Below, piece after piece: positions 38,909 through 48,762 of a stretch of 64,000 nucleotides of DNA. The first letter of the stretch is position 1, and each line of letters begins with the position of its first letter. Made by a program: the position numbers and the translations under genes. The stretch is from Candidatus Latescibacterota bacterium (GTDB lineage: Bacteria > Latescibacterota > UBA2968 > GCA-2709665). The stretch covers positions 1,984,001-2,048,000 of the forward strand of contig OZ244937.1 in NCBI GenBank assembly GCA_965222075.1, in the 5' to 3' direction. The notes beneath the pieces were generated by a model. That model saw nothing but the letters and a program-made list of their open reading frames with translations, was not told where the DNA came from and made no database searches.

Positions 38909-40759
38909 TTAGCGCGCGCCTTGCGGCAGCGTGTCCTTGCTTGCGGCATAGGCTTTCAGAATCTGTTCGATCTCCTGCTGGAACTTCTCCAAAGGCTCGC
39001 GCACCTGGTGCCGGAACTCCTCTCTCATCGCGTGATAATACTCCTGCGCCGCCTTCAGGATCACCCCGGCGTTGTGCTGCAGCGTGGTGTGATCGTCCTG
39101 GAAATGCTCAAACCGGTCGTGGACCGCGTGCATCAACTGGCTCGCGTAGGCGCCCACGTTTCGCTGAAAGGCCTCTTTGTACCCCTCGCAGAACCGCTCC
39201 AGGTGTTCCACAGCCTCTGAGAAGAAGGTTGTCATCTCGTCTACCTGCAGCGCCTGCTGGGTGGTGAGAATCAGGTGGTGGCCCTGCACCGCAAGGCGCA
39301 CCGCATTGGGCATGTTACCGGGGTGTCGAACCAGGGTGCGGGAAAGAAATTTCCAGTACTCCCACCTGTAACTTCCGGCAACCCCCTGCCGCCAGAGCGA
39401 CCGGAAAAAGGCCTTGACCTCCACCACTCCAATCGGCATCTTGCCGAGCGGCCGGCGCGGTTGGTGTTCAAACAGCGTCGAACACCGTTCAAAATAGGCA
39501 CCGGGGCTGTTGAGGGTCCCCACCGTTTTTCGATGCCGCTCGAAGAGTTCATCGGGATCGATGACCGGAACATAGCTCAACTCCCGGTTGAAAATCCCCG
39601 AATCGCCCGTGTACTTGACCCCCTCAACGAGGCGGCCAAGCCGGCTAAAGCGCTTGTAATCCGGCGTATCCCGAAGCACCCCCAGGATCCCCACCATGGC
39701 CACCGGAATACCCGCTTCCCGAATAAACGCAATCATCCGATCGGCGATATCGTCCGGGTCCGTATCCAGCCCCATAATAAACCCTGCCTGCACCTCGAAC
39801 CCGGCGCGCTGGAGAATCTTGACCTTATCCAGCAGGGGCGTTTTGCCCTGCAGGTTCTTCTGTGCCCCCATAAACCTCAAGCTCTCTTCAACCGGAGACT
39901 CGATGCCCGCGAACACCTTGTCGAACCCGGCCCAGTACATCGCTTCTAACAGCGCCGGATCGTCGCTTACCCGAATGCTCGCCTGAGTGTGGAACTGGAA
40001 GGGGTACTCCCGTACCTTCTGCCAGGGCACCACCTCTTCCTCTAAGGCCAGCCGGACCTCCTCCCGGTTGCCCACAAAATTGTCGTCCACAGCCATGACC
40101 GACCCACGCCAGCCGGCGTCGTACAGCGCATCCAGCTCTTGAATCATGCGGCTCTTACTCTTAAGCCGGGTGACCTTGCCGTAAAGCGACGGGATATTGC
40201 AGAAGGTGCAGCTCTCGGGGCACCCTCGCGTAATCTGGATCACCATGCTGCTGTAGTCGTTAAAATCGATCAGATCCCAGCGGGGCAGCGGTACTGCCGC
40301 CAGGTCCTGAAACTGGCCGCGGCGATCCACATAATCCCGCTCCACCAGGCCGGGGTCGGAAACCATCCTCTCCACGATATCCATAAACCCGTTCTCGGCC
40401 TCACCCAGATAGAATACCGCATTCCCTTCGATCTCCTCGTAGTACTGCGTGGGCAGGGGGCCGCCGTTCAGAACCGGTACGCCCTGGGCATTGCAGCGGG
40501 CAATCACCTCTTCTAAGGAGTGCCAGTGGATAATCATCGTAGACGTAATCACAATGTCTGCCCAGTCGAGATCTTCGTCCCGCAGAGGCGTCACATTGAT
40601 ATCCACCATCCGAAGGGCGTAGTCCTCGGGCATCATCCCGGCAATCGTCAGCAGCCCCAGAGGGGGAAAGGCCGACTTCTTATCGATCATCTTCAGAGCT
40701 TCATCAAAGCTCCAGAACGTAACCGGATTCTCCGGACAAACCAGCAGGGCATTCGGCAT
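38909..40759 (-). CDS. B12-binding radical SAM protein (DUF4070-type) with a helical C-terminal extension
   Basis: PPLGLLTIA, GGP, RGCPESCTFC (CX3CX2C), DDNF, GFIMGLD. Confidence 0.88.
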   Translation of the reverse strand: MPNALLVCPENPVTFWSFDEALKMIDKKSAFPPLGLLTIAGMMPEDYALRMVDINVTPLRDEDLDWADIVITSTMIIHWHSLEEVIARCNAQGVPVLNGGPLPTQYYEEIEGNAVFYLGEAENGFMDIVERMVSDPGLVERDYVDRRGQFQDLAAVPLPRWDLIDFNDYSSMVIQITRGCPESCTFCNIPSLYGKVTRLKSKSRMIQELDALYDAGWRGSVMAVDDNFVGNREEVRLALEEEVVPWQKVREYPFQFHTQASIRVSDDPALLEAMYWAGFDKVFAGIESPVEESLRFMGAQKNLQGKTPLLDKVKILQRAGFEVQAGFIMGLDTDPDDIADRMIAFIREAGIPVAMVGILGVLRDTPDYKRFSRLGRLVEGVKYTGDSGIFNRELSYVPVIDPDELFERHRKTVGTLNSPGAYFERCSTLFEHQPRRPLGKMPIGVVEVKAFFRSLWRQGVAGSYRWEYWKFLSRTLVRHPGNMPNAVRLAVQGHHLILTTQQALQVDEMTTFFSEAVEHLERFCEGYKEAFQRNVGAYASQLMHAVHDRFEHFQDDHTTLQHNAGVILKAAQEYYHAMREEFRHQVREPLEKFQQEIEQILKAYAASKDTLPQGAR

Positions 40760-40996
40760 GCTAAATCCTCTCTATGTTCGCAGGCGCATCTTCTGTTCTG
40801 GTAACGCTCATCACAGGCGGAAAAACGGCCCTGAGGGCCTGGACAATGCACGGTATCGGACATTCCCCACCCCTGATTCGAACGGCGTGCACTCCAGAGG
40901 GAGGACACCCTTCTGGACAGCACAGAATTAATATAATAAGATTCTTTCAATTCCGCTAAATAAAAAAACCCCGATCTCGAAAATTATATGCGTAAA

Positions 40997-41054
40997 ACCT
41001 GATCCGGCGATGCGGTTACGGCCCTATGCCCCATCCGGTCTCCCCCCTTGCCGC
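40997..41054 (+). repeat. 58-bp direct repeat of the sulfatase 3' end (second copy 45436-45493)
   Basis: 56 of 58 positions identical by manual alignment. Confidence 0.9.
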
Positions 41055-41135
41055 CTTACAATATCCCTTCCATCGCCGCAGACCACATCCCGCATCGGAC
41101 CTCCAGCATTCGGTCCACGGGCGTCACCAGCGTAA

Positions 41136-41384
41136 TCAAAAGCCGGAATGCCTCCAGGGCCGGTTCGCTGTTGTGCATGTGCCACATCCGGTGTGCGTAT
41201 GCCCCCGGTCCTGCCTGCGCGAAACACTGGTCACGACCGTACCGTCGGCGTGCAGGAGGTGGTAGGAAAGGTCCAGGTTCTTCCGCACCGGATCCAGCAG
41301 TTCCGGCCGGTCCAGGACCTGTCGGGACAGAATGGACTCCACCTGGGCATCCAGCAGCGGCAACAGAGCGTCATAGGTCAGCAT
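41136..41384 (-). pseudogene. internally deleted remnant of a hypothetical gene
   Basis: Protein-like segments [19 protein letters not shown] / [27 protein letters not shown] joined abruptly; adjacent to the duplicated sulfatase tail. Confidence 0.4.
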
Positions 41385-41567
41385 GGAAAAAAATCCTTCT
41401 GAATTGCAAAGCTTTTTGCCACCAGGAGCCACATGCTTATCCAAAAAACATCCTTGACTTCGTTTGATCGTTTTCCCGATATTTCACACATCTGTCAGGA
41501 AGGCACGTTGTAGGGCCTCGCGGTCGATCCTTCACCGGGCGCGGGGCGGTCCCGGAGGAGATTTTTT

Positions 41568-42464
41568 ATGCGTCTTAGATCATTCACCGCATCCGCCATT
41601 GTTGGATTCCTGTCGCTCTGTCCCATCTCCGTCGCGTCGGCCCGGAGTGGGCCTGCAGAGCCGCCGCGCTCCGGGTGGTACATCGGCGCGACCATGGGAC
41701 TGAATCGGGCATCCGACATGGACCAGGAGGGCTGGAATCGGGACACGCACTGCTATCCGACGGATGCCTGTTTCGATTTGGACCCCATTCCCCAAATCTC
41801 CGGATACCGCTGGCGTTACAAGATCGAAGCCGCCGCCGGAAACGTGTTCGAAATCTCGGCCGGACGCATTTTTGATCGCAAACGCCTGGAGCTGTCGCTC
41901 GCGCAGAAAAAGAACGGCCTCAACCAGGTATTCCGCAGCGTCACCGATTACGACGGGATGCCCATGGAGGAGCGACGCGGCGGCACGGTCGAATCCAATG
42001 ACCGGTCTTCGATCGACGATCTCATCGTGCGAACACTCTCGTTCAACGCGTACTACGATTTTCCGGGCGCGTACCGCGGGATTTCTCCGTATCTCGGCGG
42101 AGGTTTGGGCGCCGCGTACGTCGAGATGTCGGGAGTACACTACTCCAACGACCATAAGGAAACGTCGAGCAATGCCCAGGTATACGACCCTCCGCTCTCC
42201 TTCTACAACAGCCGCCAGGATGGCGACCTCTCCGACGTGGTTTTGGCAGGGCACCTGCACGCCGGGGCCGACTACCGGGTACACGACAGGACATTGCTGG
42301 GATTGAAGTTGACGTACTCGATCACAAGAAGCATCAATGTCCGGGGGGGATATTCGATTCACCCGATGCACGATCGAGAACCCGACTTCCCCAACCACAA
42401 TACGTTCACCGGAGCGCGTCACTGGACGTTGACGCTTCATGTCAAACGCCTGTTCGGGAACTGA
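41568..42464 (+). CDS. outer-membrane beta-barrel (opacity/P44-Msp2-like)
   Basis: RBS GGAGGAG; signal peptide; GWYIG, NAYYDF, SPYLGGGLG, HAGADY; ends near Phe. Confidence 0.7.
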   Translation: MRLRSFTASAIVGFLSLCPISVASARSGPAEPPRSGWYIGATMGLNRASDMDQEGWNRDTHCYPTDACFDLDPIPQISGYRWRYKIEAAAGNVFEISAGRIFDRKRLELSLAQKKNGLNQVFRSVTDYDGMPMEERRGGTVESNDRSSIDDLIVRTLSFNAYYDFPGAYRGISPYLGGGLGAAYVEMSGVHYSNDHKETSSNAQVYDPPLSFYNSRQDGDLSDVVLAGHLHAGADYRVHDRTLLGLKLTYSITRSINVRGGYSIHPMHDREPDFPNHNTFTGARHWTLTLHVKRLFGN

Positions 42465-42584
42465 ACGGGGCCGTCTGGTCGCGTTGGGTGAAATGACGAG
42501 CGCCGGGCGCTGTTGAGCTCTCATCCTGGTTATTTTCCAAGCAGTTCATCGAGCTTGCACCGATCCTGATTGGGGAGGACGCAG

Positions 42585-43322
42585 ATGGAACTGACCGAGG
42601 AGGAAATCTGGTATTTCAAACACAACGGCTTCCGGCGCCTGCCGGAATGTCTGCCGGATGATCTGGTCAACAGGCTCAATGCCGTCACCGACGAACAGAT
42701 CGACCGGATGATCGAACCCGTCGTCTGGGAGAAGCGGGAAACGCGCACCCCCGACGATGTCCGGAGGCTCTCCAAGATCATCGCCCGTGCTCCCGTCTAT
42801 TTGGAAGCGGCCTCCCATCCGATCATCACAGAAGCCCTGAGAGGTGTTCTGGGCCCCAATATCGAGCTTTTGACCAACAAACACAACCACATTATGGTGC
42901 GTCCTCCCGGCTCCGATTCCGTCTACTGGCACAGCGGCGAGCAACCCTATGACCACACCCTGATCACCGCCCTGGTCTACTTGCAGGAATCCACCCTGAA
43001 GAACGGCTGCATCCGGATTGTGCCCGGCAGCCACCTGCGGCCCTTCAGGCGCGACCGGCGCCCCAAAGAGGCGTTTCGCGAAAGCGACCTCTACGGTCTG
43101 TCAGTCCCCATCCCCATGCCCCGGGGAGGCGTCCTCCTCTTCAACGATTGCTGCTTCCATGGATCGGATGTCAACATGAGCGATGCATCCAGGCGAAGCA
43201 TGACCCTGGCTTACCGCGCCCACGACGCCCATGACGTGATCAAAGAAGACCCGGAAAAAATCCTGGTCAGCGGGGAAAAGGTCTACACCGGCCACCCCCA
43301 TCCGTTTCCGGGCAGCAACTGA
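42585..43322 (+). CDS. PhyH-family Fe(II)/2OG enzyme with HxG (halogenase-like) motif
   Basis: FKHNGF, WHSG, NGCIRIVPGSH, FHGS, RRSM. Confidence 0.82.
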   Translation: MELTEEEIWYFKHNGFRRLPECLPDDLVNRLNAVTDEQIDRMIEPVVWEKRETRTPDDVRRLSKIIARAPVYLEAASHPIITEALRGVLGPNIELLTNKHNHIMVRPPGSDSVYWHSGEQPYDHTLITALVYLQESTLKNGCIRIVPGSHLRPFRRDRRPKEAFRESDLYGLSVPIPMPRGGVLLFNDCCFHGSDVNMSDASRRSMTLAYRAHDAHDVIKEDPEKILVSGEKVYTGHPHPFPGSN

Positions 43323-43346
43323 CCCGCGCCAACTGGAGAAAACCCT

Positions 43347-44054
43347 ATGTCACTCACACCCGAACAGGTACACCTGTTTCGCCACAACGGCTTCCTCAAA
43401 TTGAAAGACCGGCTTTCCGGGGAACAGGTGGAAAAACTCAAAAAGGCGGTCCGGAAGAACATCCGTGAAGAGGTGCAACCGGTCGTACGCAACCGGGACG
43501 GGCGGGTCGTGCGCATCTCGGACATCGTGGACAGAGACCCTGTCTTCCTCGAAACCGCTTCCAGCCCCCTGGTCCTGGATCCCCTGGAATCCCTTCTGGG
43601 CCCCAACATCGAACTCATCAAAAACCGGCACAACCACGCCACGCTCCGCCTGGCCTCGGAGAACCGGCCGGAGGGATTGCACCGGGATATCAGGCAGTGG
43701 TCCCGGACCATCTTCACGGTCATCTTCTACCTGCAGGAAACAACCGTGGAGAACGGATGCACCCTGGTCGTGCCCGGCTCCCACCATTTCCCGGCCGTCA
43801 ACGGCCGTCTCTACGACGAAGCATGGGCTCGGGATCTCCTCGGCCAGGCCCTGCCGGTGCCCATGCCCGAAGGCGGCATGCTCGTAACCGACAGCATGAT
43901 CATGCACGGCGTTGGGCAGAACAGAACGGACGGCACCCGGATGAGTATGACCGTGGGCTACCACAGCGTGGACGAACTCTCCGACGTTGAAAATCCCAAA
44001 CGGATTCTGGTGCGCGGGGAGCGGCCCTACGACGGCAACGACGCCCGGAATTAG
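43347..44054 (+). CDS. PhyH-family Fe(II)/2OG dioxygenase (canonical HxD)
   Basis: FRHNGF, LHRD, NGCTLVVPGSH, MHGV, RMSM. Confidence 0.87.
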   Translation: MSLTPEQVHLFRHNGFLKLKDRLSGEQVEKLKKAVRKNIREEVQPVVRNRDGRVVRISDIVDRDPVFLETASSPLVLDPLESLLGPNIELIKNRHNHATLRLASENRPEGLHRDIRQWSRTIFTVIFYLQETTVENGCTLVVPGSHHFPAVNGRLYDEAWARDLLGQALPVPMPEGGMLVTDSMIMHGVGQNRTDGTRMSMTVGYHSVDELSDVENPKRILVRGERPYDGNDARN

Positions 44055-44057
44055 GAG

Positions 44058-45548
44058 ATGACGATGGCAACGGACAACCCTCAGAACCCCAATATCGTAC
44101 TCATCATGTCCGACCAGCACAACGCATCGGTCATGGGCTGTGCCGGCAATCCGATTGTCCGGACGCCCAACCTGGACGCGCTGGCCGAGCAGGGCACCCG
44201 CTTTACCAACGCCTACTGCCCCTACCCCCTCTGCGCTCCCTCCAGGATGGGCTTTATGGCCGCCCACTACCCCAGCGACATCGGCGTTTTCGACAACGGC
44301 GGCATCCTCTCGTCCCACACGCCCACATTCGCCCACGGCCTGGGCGCAGCGGGTTACGAGGCCGTCCTCTGCGGCCGGATGCACTTTGGGGGGCCGGACC
44401 AGTTCCACGGCTTTGAAAAGCGCATCCACGCCGATTGCGGCGGCCGGACACTCTCCCCCGAAATCCTCGGCTCGGCATACAACCGGACCAACGGACAGAC
44501 GAAATATGCCGTTGAAGTCTCCGGATACGGGCAGACCGGCTACCAGCTCTTCGACGGGAGCGTCACGGACACCGCCTGCAACTACATCTCGCATTGGAAC
44601 GGGAAGGGTCGTCCCTGCTGCCTCGTGGTCGGCCTCATGCTGCCTCACAACCCCCTCATCTGTTCCAAAGCGCTGTTCGACCACTACGAACAGATTCCCT
44701 CTTCAGAACCCGTATCTCAGGACTATCTGGACACCCTCCACCCCGCAATGAGAAAATGGCGGGAGCGGCGGGGCGTGGACGACCTGACGCCCGAACAGAA
44801 CCGGCGCGGTCTGGCCGCCTACTACGGCCTCGTCACAGAGCTTGATAGCAACATCGGCAGGATCGCAGGTGCGGTCAGATCCTCTCCGGAAGCCGATCGC
44901 ACCGTCATCATCTACTGCTCCGACCACGGCGATATGGCCTGCGAACACGGCATGTGGTGGAAAAGCAGCTTCTACGACGGCTCCGCCCGCGTCCCCCTCA
45001 TCGTCTCCTGGCCGCAGCAATTGCTCCGGGGGGAAAAAAACCACGCCGTCATCAGCCTCATTGACGTGGGCCCCACCGTCCTGGACCTGGCCGACGCAGC
45101 GCCTCTACCCGATGTATCGGGAAGGAGCTTCGCCGGTTTTCTGAGTGGAGACGGAACAATCCCCGACTGGCCCAACGAAGTCTTCTCCGAGTACATCGGA
45201 CTCTTAGGCGACCAGCCCTCCTGCATGGTCCGCACCGGCCCCTGGAAGCTGAACTACTATCACGAATTCCAATCCTGCCAGCTCTTCAATATGGACGAGG
45301 ATGCGGACGAAATGCACGACCGGGCGGAAGATTCGGCCTGCCGGGAAATCGTAGAGGATTGTCTGGCCAGAATTCACCGACGGTGGTCCGCCGAGCGCAT
45401 CCTGAGAAACGCTGAAAAGCAAAACCGGGCAAAAGACCTGATCCGGCGATGCGGGTACGGCCCTATGCCCCATCCGGTCTCCCCCTTTGCCGCTCCGGAG
45501 GGCTGCAATCGGTTCGATTTTTCCCAGCTACCGGGAAATCGGCCCTGA
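44058..45548 (+). CDS. sulfatase (choline-sulfatase-like)
   Basis: PNIVLIMSDQH, formylglycine motif CAPSR, GRMH, SDHG, VPLI. Confidence 0.9.
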   Translation: MTMATDNPQNPNIVLIMSDQHNASVMGCAGNPIVRTPNLDALAEQGTRFTNAYCPYPLCAPSRMGFMAAHYPSDIGVFDNGGILSSHTPTFAHGLGAAGYEAVLCGRMHFGGPDQFHGFEKRIHADCGGRTLSPEILGSAYNRTNGQTKYAVEVSGYGQTGYQLFDGSVTDTACNYISHWNGKGRPCCLVVGLMLPHNPLICSKALFDHYEQIPSSEPVSQDYLDTLHPAMRKWRERRGVDDLTPEQNRRGLAAYYGLVTELDSNIGRIAGAVRSSPEADRTVIIYCSDHGDMACEHGMWWKSSFYDGSARVPLIVSWPQQLLRGEKNHAVISLIDVGPTVLDLADAAPLPDVSGRSFAGFLSGDGTIPDWPNEVFSEYIGLLGDQPSCMVRTGPWKLNYYHEFQSCQLFNMDEDADEMHDRAEDSACREIVEDCLARIHRRWSAERILRNAEKQNRAKDLIRRCGYGPMPHPVSPFAAPEGCNRFDFSQLPGNRP

Positions 45549-45928
45549 CCTGTCCCCAATCTTCAGCCTTACAATCTCTACCCTCCTCCATTGACTACAT
45601 CAAATACCAACTTCGCATCCATATATTACTCTCCTCGGCTATCAGGTAGCTTCTGAGTAAGAGAAAAGCGCGCGCGCGGGCTATTCGTCCGAGCATGACT
45701 GGCCGCTCCCCAGGCCAGTTCACACCGTGCCGCGATGAAGAAGTCGGGAATGCGACCTGCGACCAGACCAGTCAGCAAACCATTGACTTTTTGCTGTGAT
45801 AGTATATCTTAGTTTACAAGAAGCCGCCCCCTCTCCAGATGAAAAGGGAGATAAACCAGTATTCAATCGCAGTCTATGAACTATAACCCTGTGTACTATC
45901 TGCCCCAATATAGTCACGGGGTTTTTTA

Positions 45929-47491
45929 ATGAATACAGGGGGAACCATGACCAGACGCAGACTGCCTATCGGTATTCAGACCTTCCGCGAGATCCGCGAT
46001 CAGCACTGCTACTATGTCGATAAAACCGCATACATCCGGCAACTATTGGATGGGAGCAAGCACTATTTCCTATCGCGCCCGCGTCGATTTGGCAAGAGCC
46101 TATTTCTGGACACCTTGAAAGAACTATTTGAAGGGAATGAGCCGCTATTTGAGGGATTGTACATCCATGACCACTGGGATTGGCAGGTGCGCCATCCCGT
46201 GCTGCGGCTCGACTTCAGCAGCGGCAACTATCAGGGTCCGGACGACTTGCGGAAGGAAGTGACGGCGCAATTGAATGCTTTTGAGGACGAAGCGGAGGTC
46301 ATCCCGCGCGACGACAGCGCGTCAGCCCGCTTGCGCCACTTGATGAAGGTGCTACACGAGCGCAGCGGTCAGCGCGTTGTGATACTGGTTGATGAATACG
46401 ACAAGCCCATCCTGGACGCGCTGGCGGTGCCTGAGGTCGCCCGGGCCAATCGCGACTTCTTGCGCGGCCTATATTCGACCGTAAAGTTTGCAGACGCGCA
46501 CATACGCTTCACGTTCATTACTGGCGTCAGCAAATTCTCTAAGGTGAGTATCTTCTCCGGTCTCAACAACCTCACCGACATCACCATTGACCCGCGCTAT
46601 TCCGCTATCTGCGGCTACACCGAAGCGGACCTCGACACCGTATTCGTGCCAGAACTGCCCGGCCTGGACCGAGACGAAATCCGCGACTGGTACAACGGCT
46701 ATAGCTGGCTGGGCGACGAAAAAGTGTACAACCCCTTCGACATCCTCCTTCTATTCGACAAGCGCACCTTCGGCACCTACTGGTTCGAGACCGGCACTCC
46801 CACCTTCCTCATCGAAACCCTCTTTCAACGCCACATCAGTTCTCTCGAACTGGATAACATGATCGGCAGCGACGAGTTGTTATCCACCTTCGATGTCGAT
46901 GACATGGCAACAGAGGCATTGCTATTCCAGACCGGCTACCTCACCATCACAGAGGAAGAAAACCTCGGCGGCGCGTCATTCTATCGCCTGAGCTACCCCA
47001 ATCGGGAAGTGCGCCAGAGCCTCAACGAGAGCCTGCTGCGCTACCTGGTAAAAGACGCCACACGCCAGATGGCGAACACCGTGCGTCTGTATAGGCTGCT
47101 GGAAGCCAACGACTTTGCCGGCCTGAAAACACTATTCCACGCCTTCTTTGCCAGCATCCCCTACGAATGGTACACCAACAACGACATCGCCAATTTTGAG
47201 GGCTACTACGCCAGCGTGTTCTATTCCTATTTCGCGGGACTGGGGTTTGACATCACCATAGAGGACAGCAGCAGCCATGGCCGTGTAGATATGGCCGTTC
47301 ACTTTAACGATAACATCTACCTGTTCGAGTTCAAAGTGGTGGAGATGGCGTCTGAAGGCGGGGCAATGGCGCAATTGCAGGCAAAGGGATACGCGGACAA
47401 ATATCGCGGTCTGGACCAGCCGATCCACCTGATCGCCGTAGAGTTTAGCAAAAACACTCGCAATATAACGGCCTTTGAGGTCGCACAATAG
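45929..47491 (+). CDS. AAA-ATPase-like domain plus PD-(D/E)XK nuclease
   Basis: LPIGIQTF, YVDKT, RPRRFGKS, VDEYDKP, YNGY, GRVD, FEFK, QLQAKGY. Confidence 0.9.
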   Translation: MNTGGTMTRRRLPIGIQTFREIRDQHCYYVDKTAYIRQLLDGSKHYFLSRPRRFGKSLFLDTLKELFEGNEPLFEGLYIHDHWDWQVRHPVLRLDFSSGNYQGPDDLRKEVTAQLNAFEDEAEVIPRDDSASARLRHLMKVLHERSGQRVVILVDEYDKPILDALAVPEVARANRDFLRGLYSTVKFADAHIRFTFITGVSKFSKVSIFSGLNNLTDITIDPRYSAICGYTEADLDTVFVPELPGLDRDEIRDWYNGYSWLGDEKVYNPFDILLLFDKRTFGTYWFETGTPTFLIETLFQRHISSLELDNMIGSDELLSTFDVDDMATEALLFQTGYLTITEEENLGGASFYRLSYPNREVRQSLNESLLRYLVKDATRQMANTVRLYRLLEANDFAGLKTLFHAFFASIPYEWYTNNDIANFEGYYASVFYSYFAGLGFDITIEDSSSHGRVDMAVHFNDNIYLFEFKVVEMASEGGAMAQLQAKGYADKYRGLDQPIHLIAVEFSKNTRNITAFEVAQ

Positions 47492-47499
47492 TAGAAACC

Positions 47500-47532
47500 A
47501 AAAAAGCGGTGATCTTAAGACCACTGCTTTTT
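47500..47532 (+). terminator. intrinsic terminator
   Basis: AAAAAAGCGGTG...CACTGCTTTTT. Confidence 0.6.
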
Positions 47533-47576
47533 GCTTTCCCTCTTCAATCCACTCAGGCTTAAAGGGTTGAAACAGA

Positions 47577-47750
47577 TCAGGGGAAATCAGACGCCTTCCA
47601 ACGCCCGCTACCGACGCGCCTGCGGACTGAGCGGCCCAGGTCGGTCCCATCGAAGAGCATCACCTGTGCCCCGGCAGCCGGGGGCGCCAGCCGCACCCGC
47701 CCCTCAACCAGCGGCTCGACGTTGGCGCCCACGCCCACCATCAGCCCCAT
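47577..47750 (-). pseudogene. N-terminal fragment of a secreted-protein family
   Basis: GLMVGVGANVEPLVEGRVRL..AAGAQVMLFD..DL looks like a signal-peptide end plus a carboxypeptidase-regulatory-like start, then degenerates. Confidence 0.35.
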
Positions 47751-47768
47751 GAGACAGCTGATTACCAA

Positions 47769-47981
47769 TCAAGTGTCGGCAACAAGCTGCTGAGCCTGTT
47801 GGTCGAGCCCCTTAATGGCGCCCTGAATTGCGGCGACTTCGCGCTCCTCGGAGTACGCCTCGCCGCACTGGTCACAGACCCAGGCAGGGACTGTATCGAA
47901 CACCAGGTGATAGCCGTTACGGTCAACATGGAAGGGCGCCTTCGAACGCTTCATCTGGCCATGGCAGTGGATGCAGTTCAT
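47769..47981 (-). CDS. YgiT/MqsA-type zinc-finger antitoxin-like protein
   Basis: MNCIHC...VPAWVCDQCGE; start overlaps the stop of the DUF4258-like fragment. Confidence 0.8.
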   Translation of the reverse strand: MNCIHCHGQMKRSKAPFHVDRNGYHLVFDTVPAWVCDQCGEAYSEEREVAAIQGAIKGLDQQAQQLVADT

Positions 47982-48125
47982 TGCGATCTCCTTGTTCGTA
48001 AGTCTTGCTTCCACTTATCCTCTGTGGGAAGGTACGCTGTGATTACTGCGAGCAAATCCTCCTCAGGTGCACAGACTACGTGGATATCTCGCTGATCAAC
48101 TCCTTGGCCATGCAGTAGGCAAAGG
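47978..48125 (-). pseudogene. 5'-truncated DUF4258-like toxin
   Basis: CLLHG..RDIHVVC..AVITAYLP..KW..LRTRR C-terminal pattern; N-terminus replaced by unrelated sequence. Confidence 0.6.
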
Positions 48126-48135
48126 AGACTCAACC

Positions 48136-48250
48136 ATGGCTCCTTGTGAAGATAACACAATTGAGACGTCCTCGCACGAGCTTTTCCCCCAAGACTATCT
48201 GCGTGAGCAAGCTGAAAAGACCCACGTGATCCGGAGAGAGCGGAAGGCCG
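48136..48250 (+). mobile_element. possible IS4-family transposase N-terminal remnant
   Basis: AAGGAG RBS then MAPCEDNTIE...LFPQDYLREQAEKTHVIRRERK, reminiscent of IS4/ISH8 N-termini. Confidence 0.35.
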
Positions 48251-48329
48251 GAGAAAACGCCGGCCTTGAGCGTCAAGATGCCCTGGTATGGCAAACGTAG
48301 GACGTAAATCGCTGCCAGTTGGTCCGCGG

Positions 48330-48624
48330 TCACGTCGCCCGCATCAAACCCCTCGTAAACAACCTGAGTCGAATCGTATTCAAAGCGGATGGAAAGACTG
48401 CTCGCATCTTGAATATCACTGCCGAAAATCTGAATGGGAACAACTTGATCGGGAGACACATCAAGAGAGGATACGGCCTGGTCGCCTTCCGAACGATCCA
48501 GATCCAGCGCAAGGGAAAAGCTGCTGGTCTGTGTGGATAGCGACCACGGGTAAATCAAGAGTGCCAGGCTCAGCAGGCTGGCGATGCCGAGCGAGAAGGG
48601 CAAAATCCTAACAGGGAGTTTCAT
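48330..48624 (-). pseudogene. truncated third paralog of the cohesin-headed giant proteins
   Basis: MKLPVRILPF..PWSLSTQTSSFSLALDLD..GFDAGDV matches the N-termini starting at 57395 and 62978, then breaks at about 48330. Confidence 0.85.
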
Positions 48625-48674
48625 AGTGGTGGATGCCTCCTGAAAGGATGTCAGAATTAGCCTTGATTCGACAG

Positions 48675-48762
48675 GACGCCGGATGCGGGAAATCCGCACG
48701 TCCGATTTCAAGGGCGGAGACCGGTACCCGTCCTTGTAACGGAAAGGACACTTCGCCTCCAC
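48675..48762 (+). ncRNA. group II intron domain V/VI remnant
   Basis: GACGCCGGATGCGGGAAATCCGCACGTCCGATTTC resembles domain V; GGCGGAG/CTTCGCC stem ending CTCCAC resembles domain VI and the 3' end; no RT gene nearby. Confidence 0.55.

Noticed and set aside
41210-41222. CCTGCCTGCGCG arm-like sequence
   Set aside because: No matching inverted arm at the expected distance; fits native coding sequence SRRQDRG
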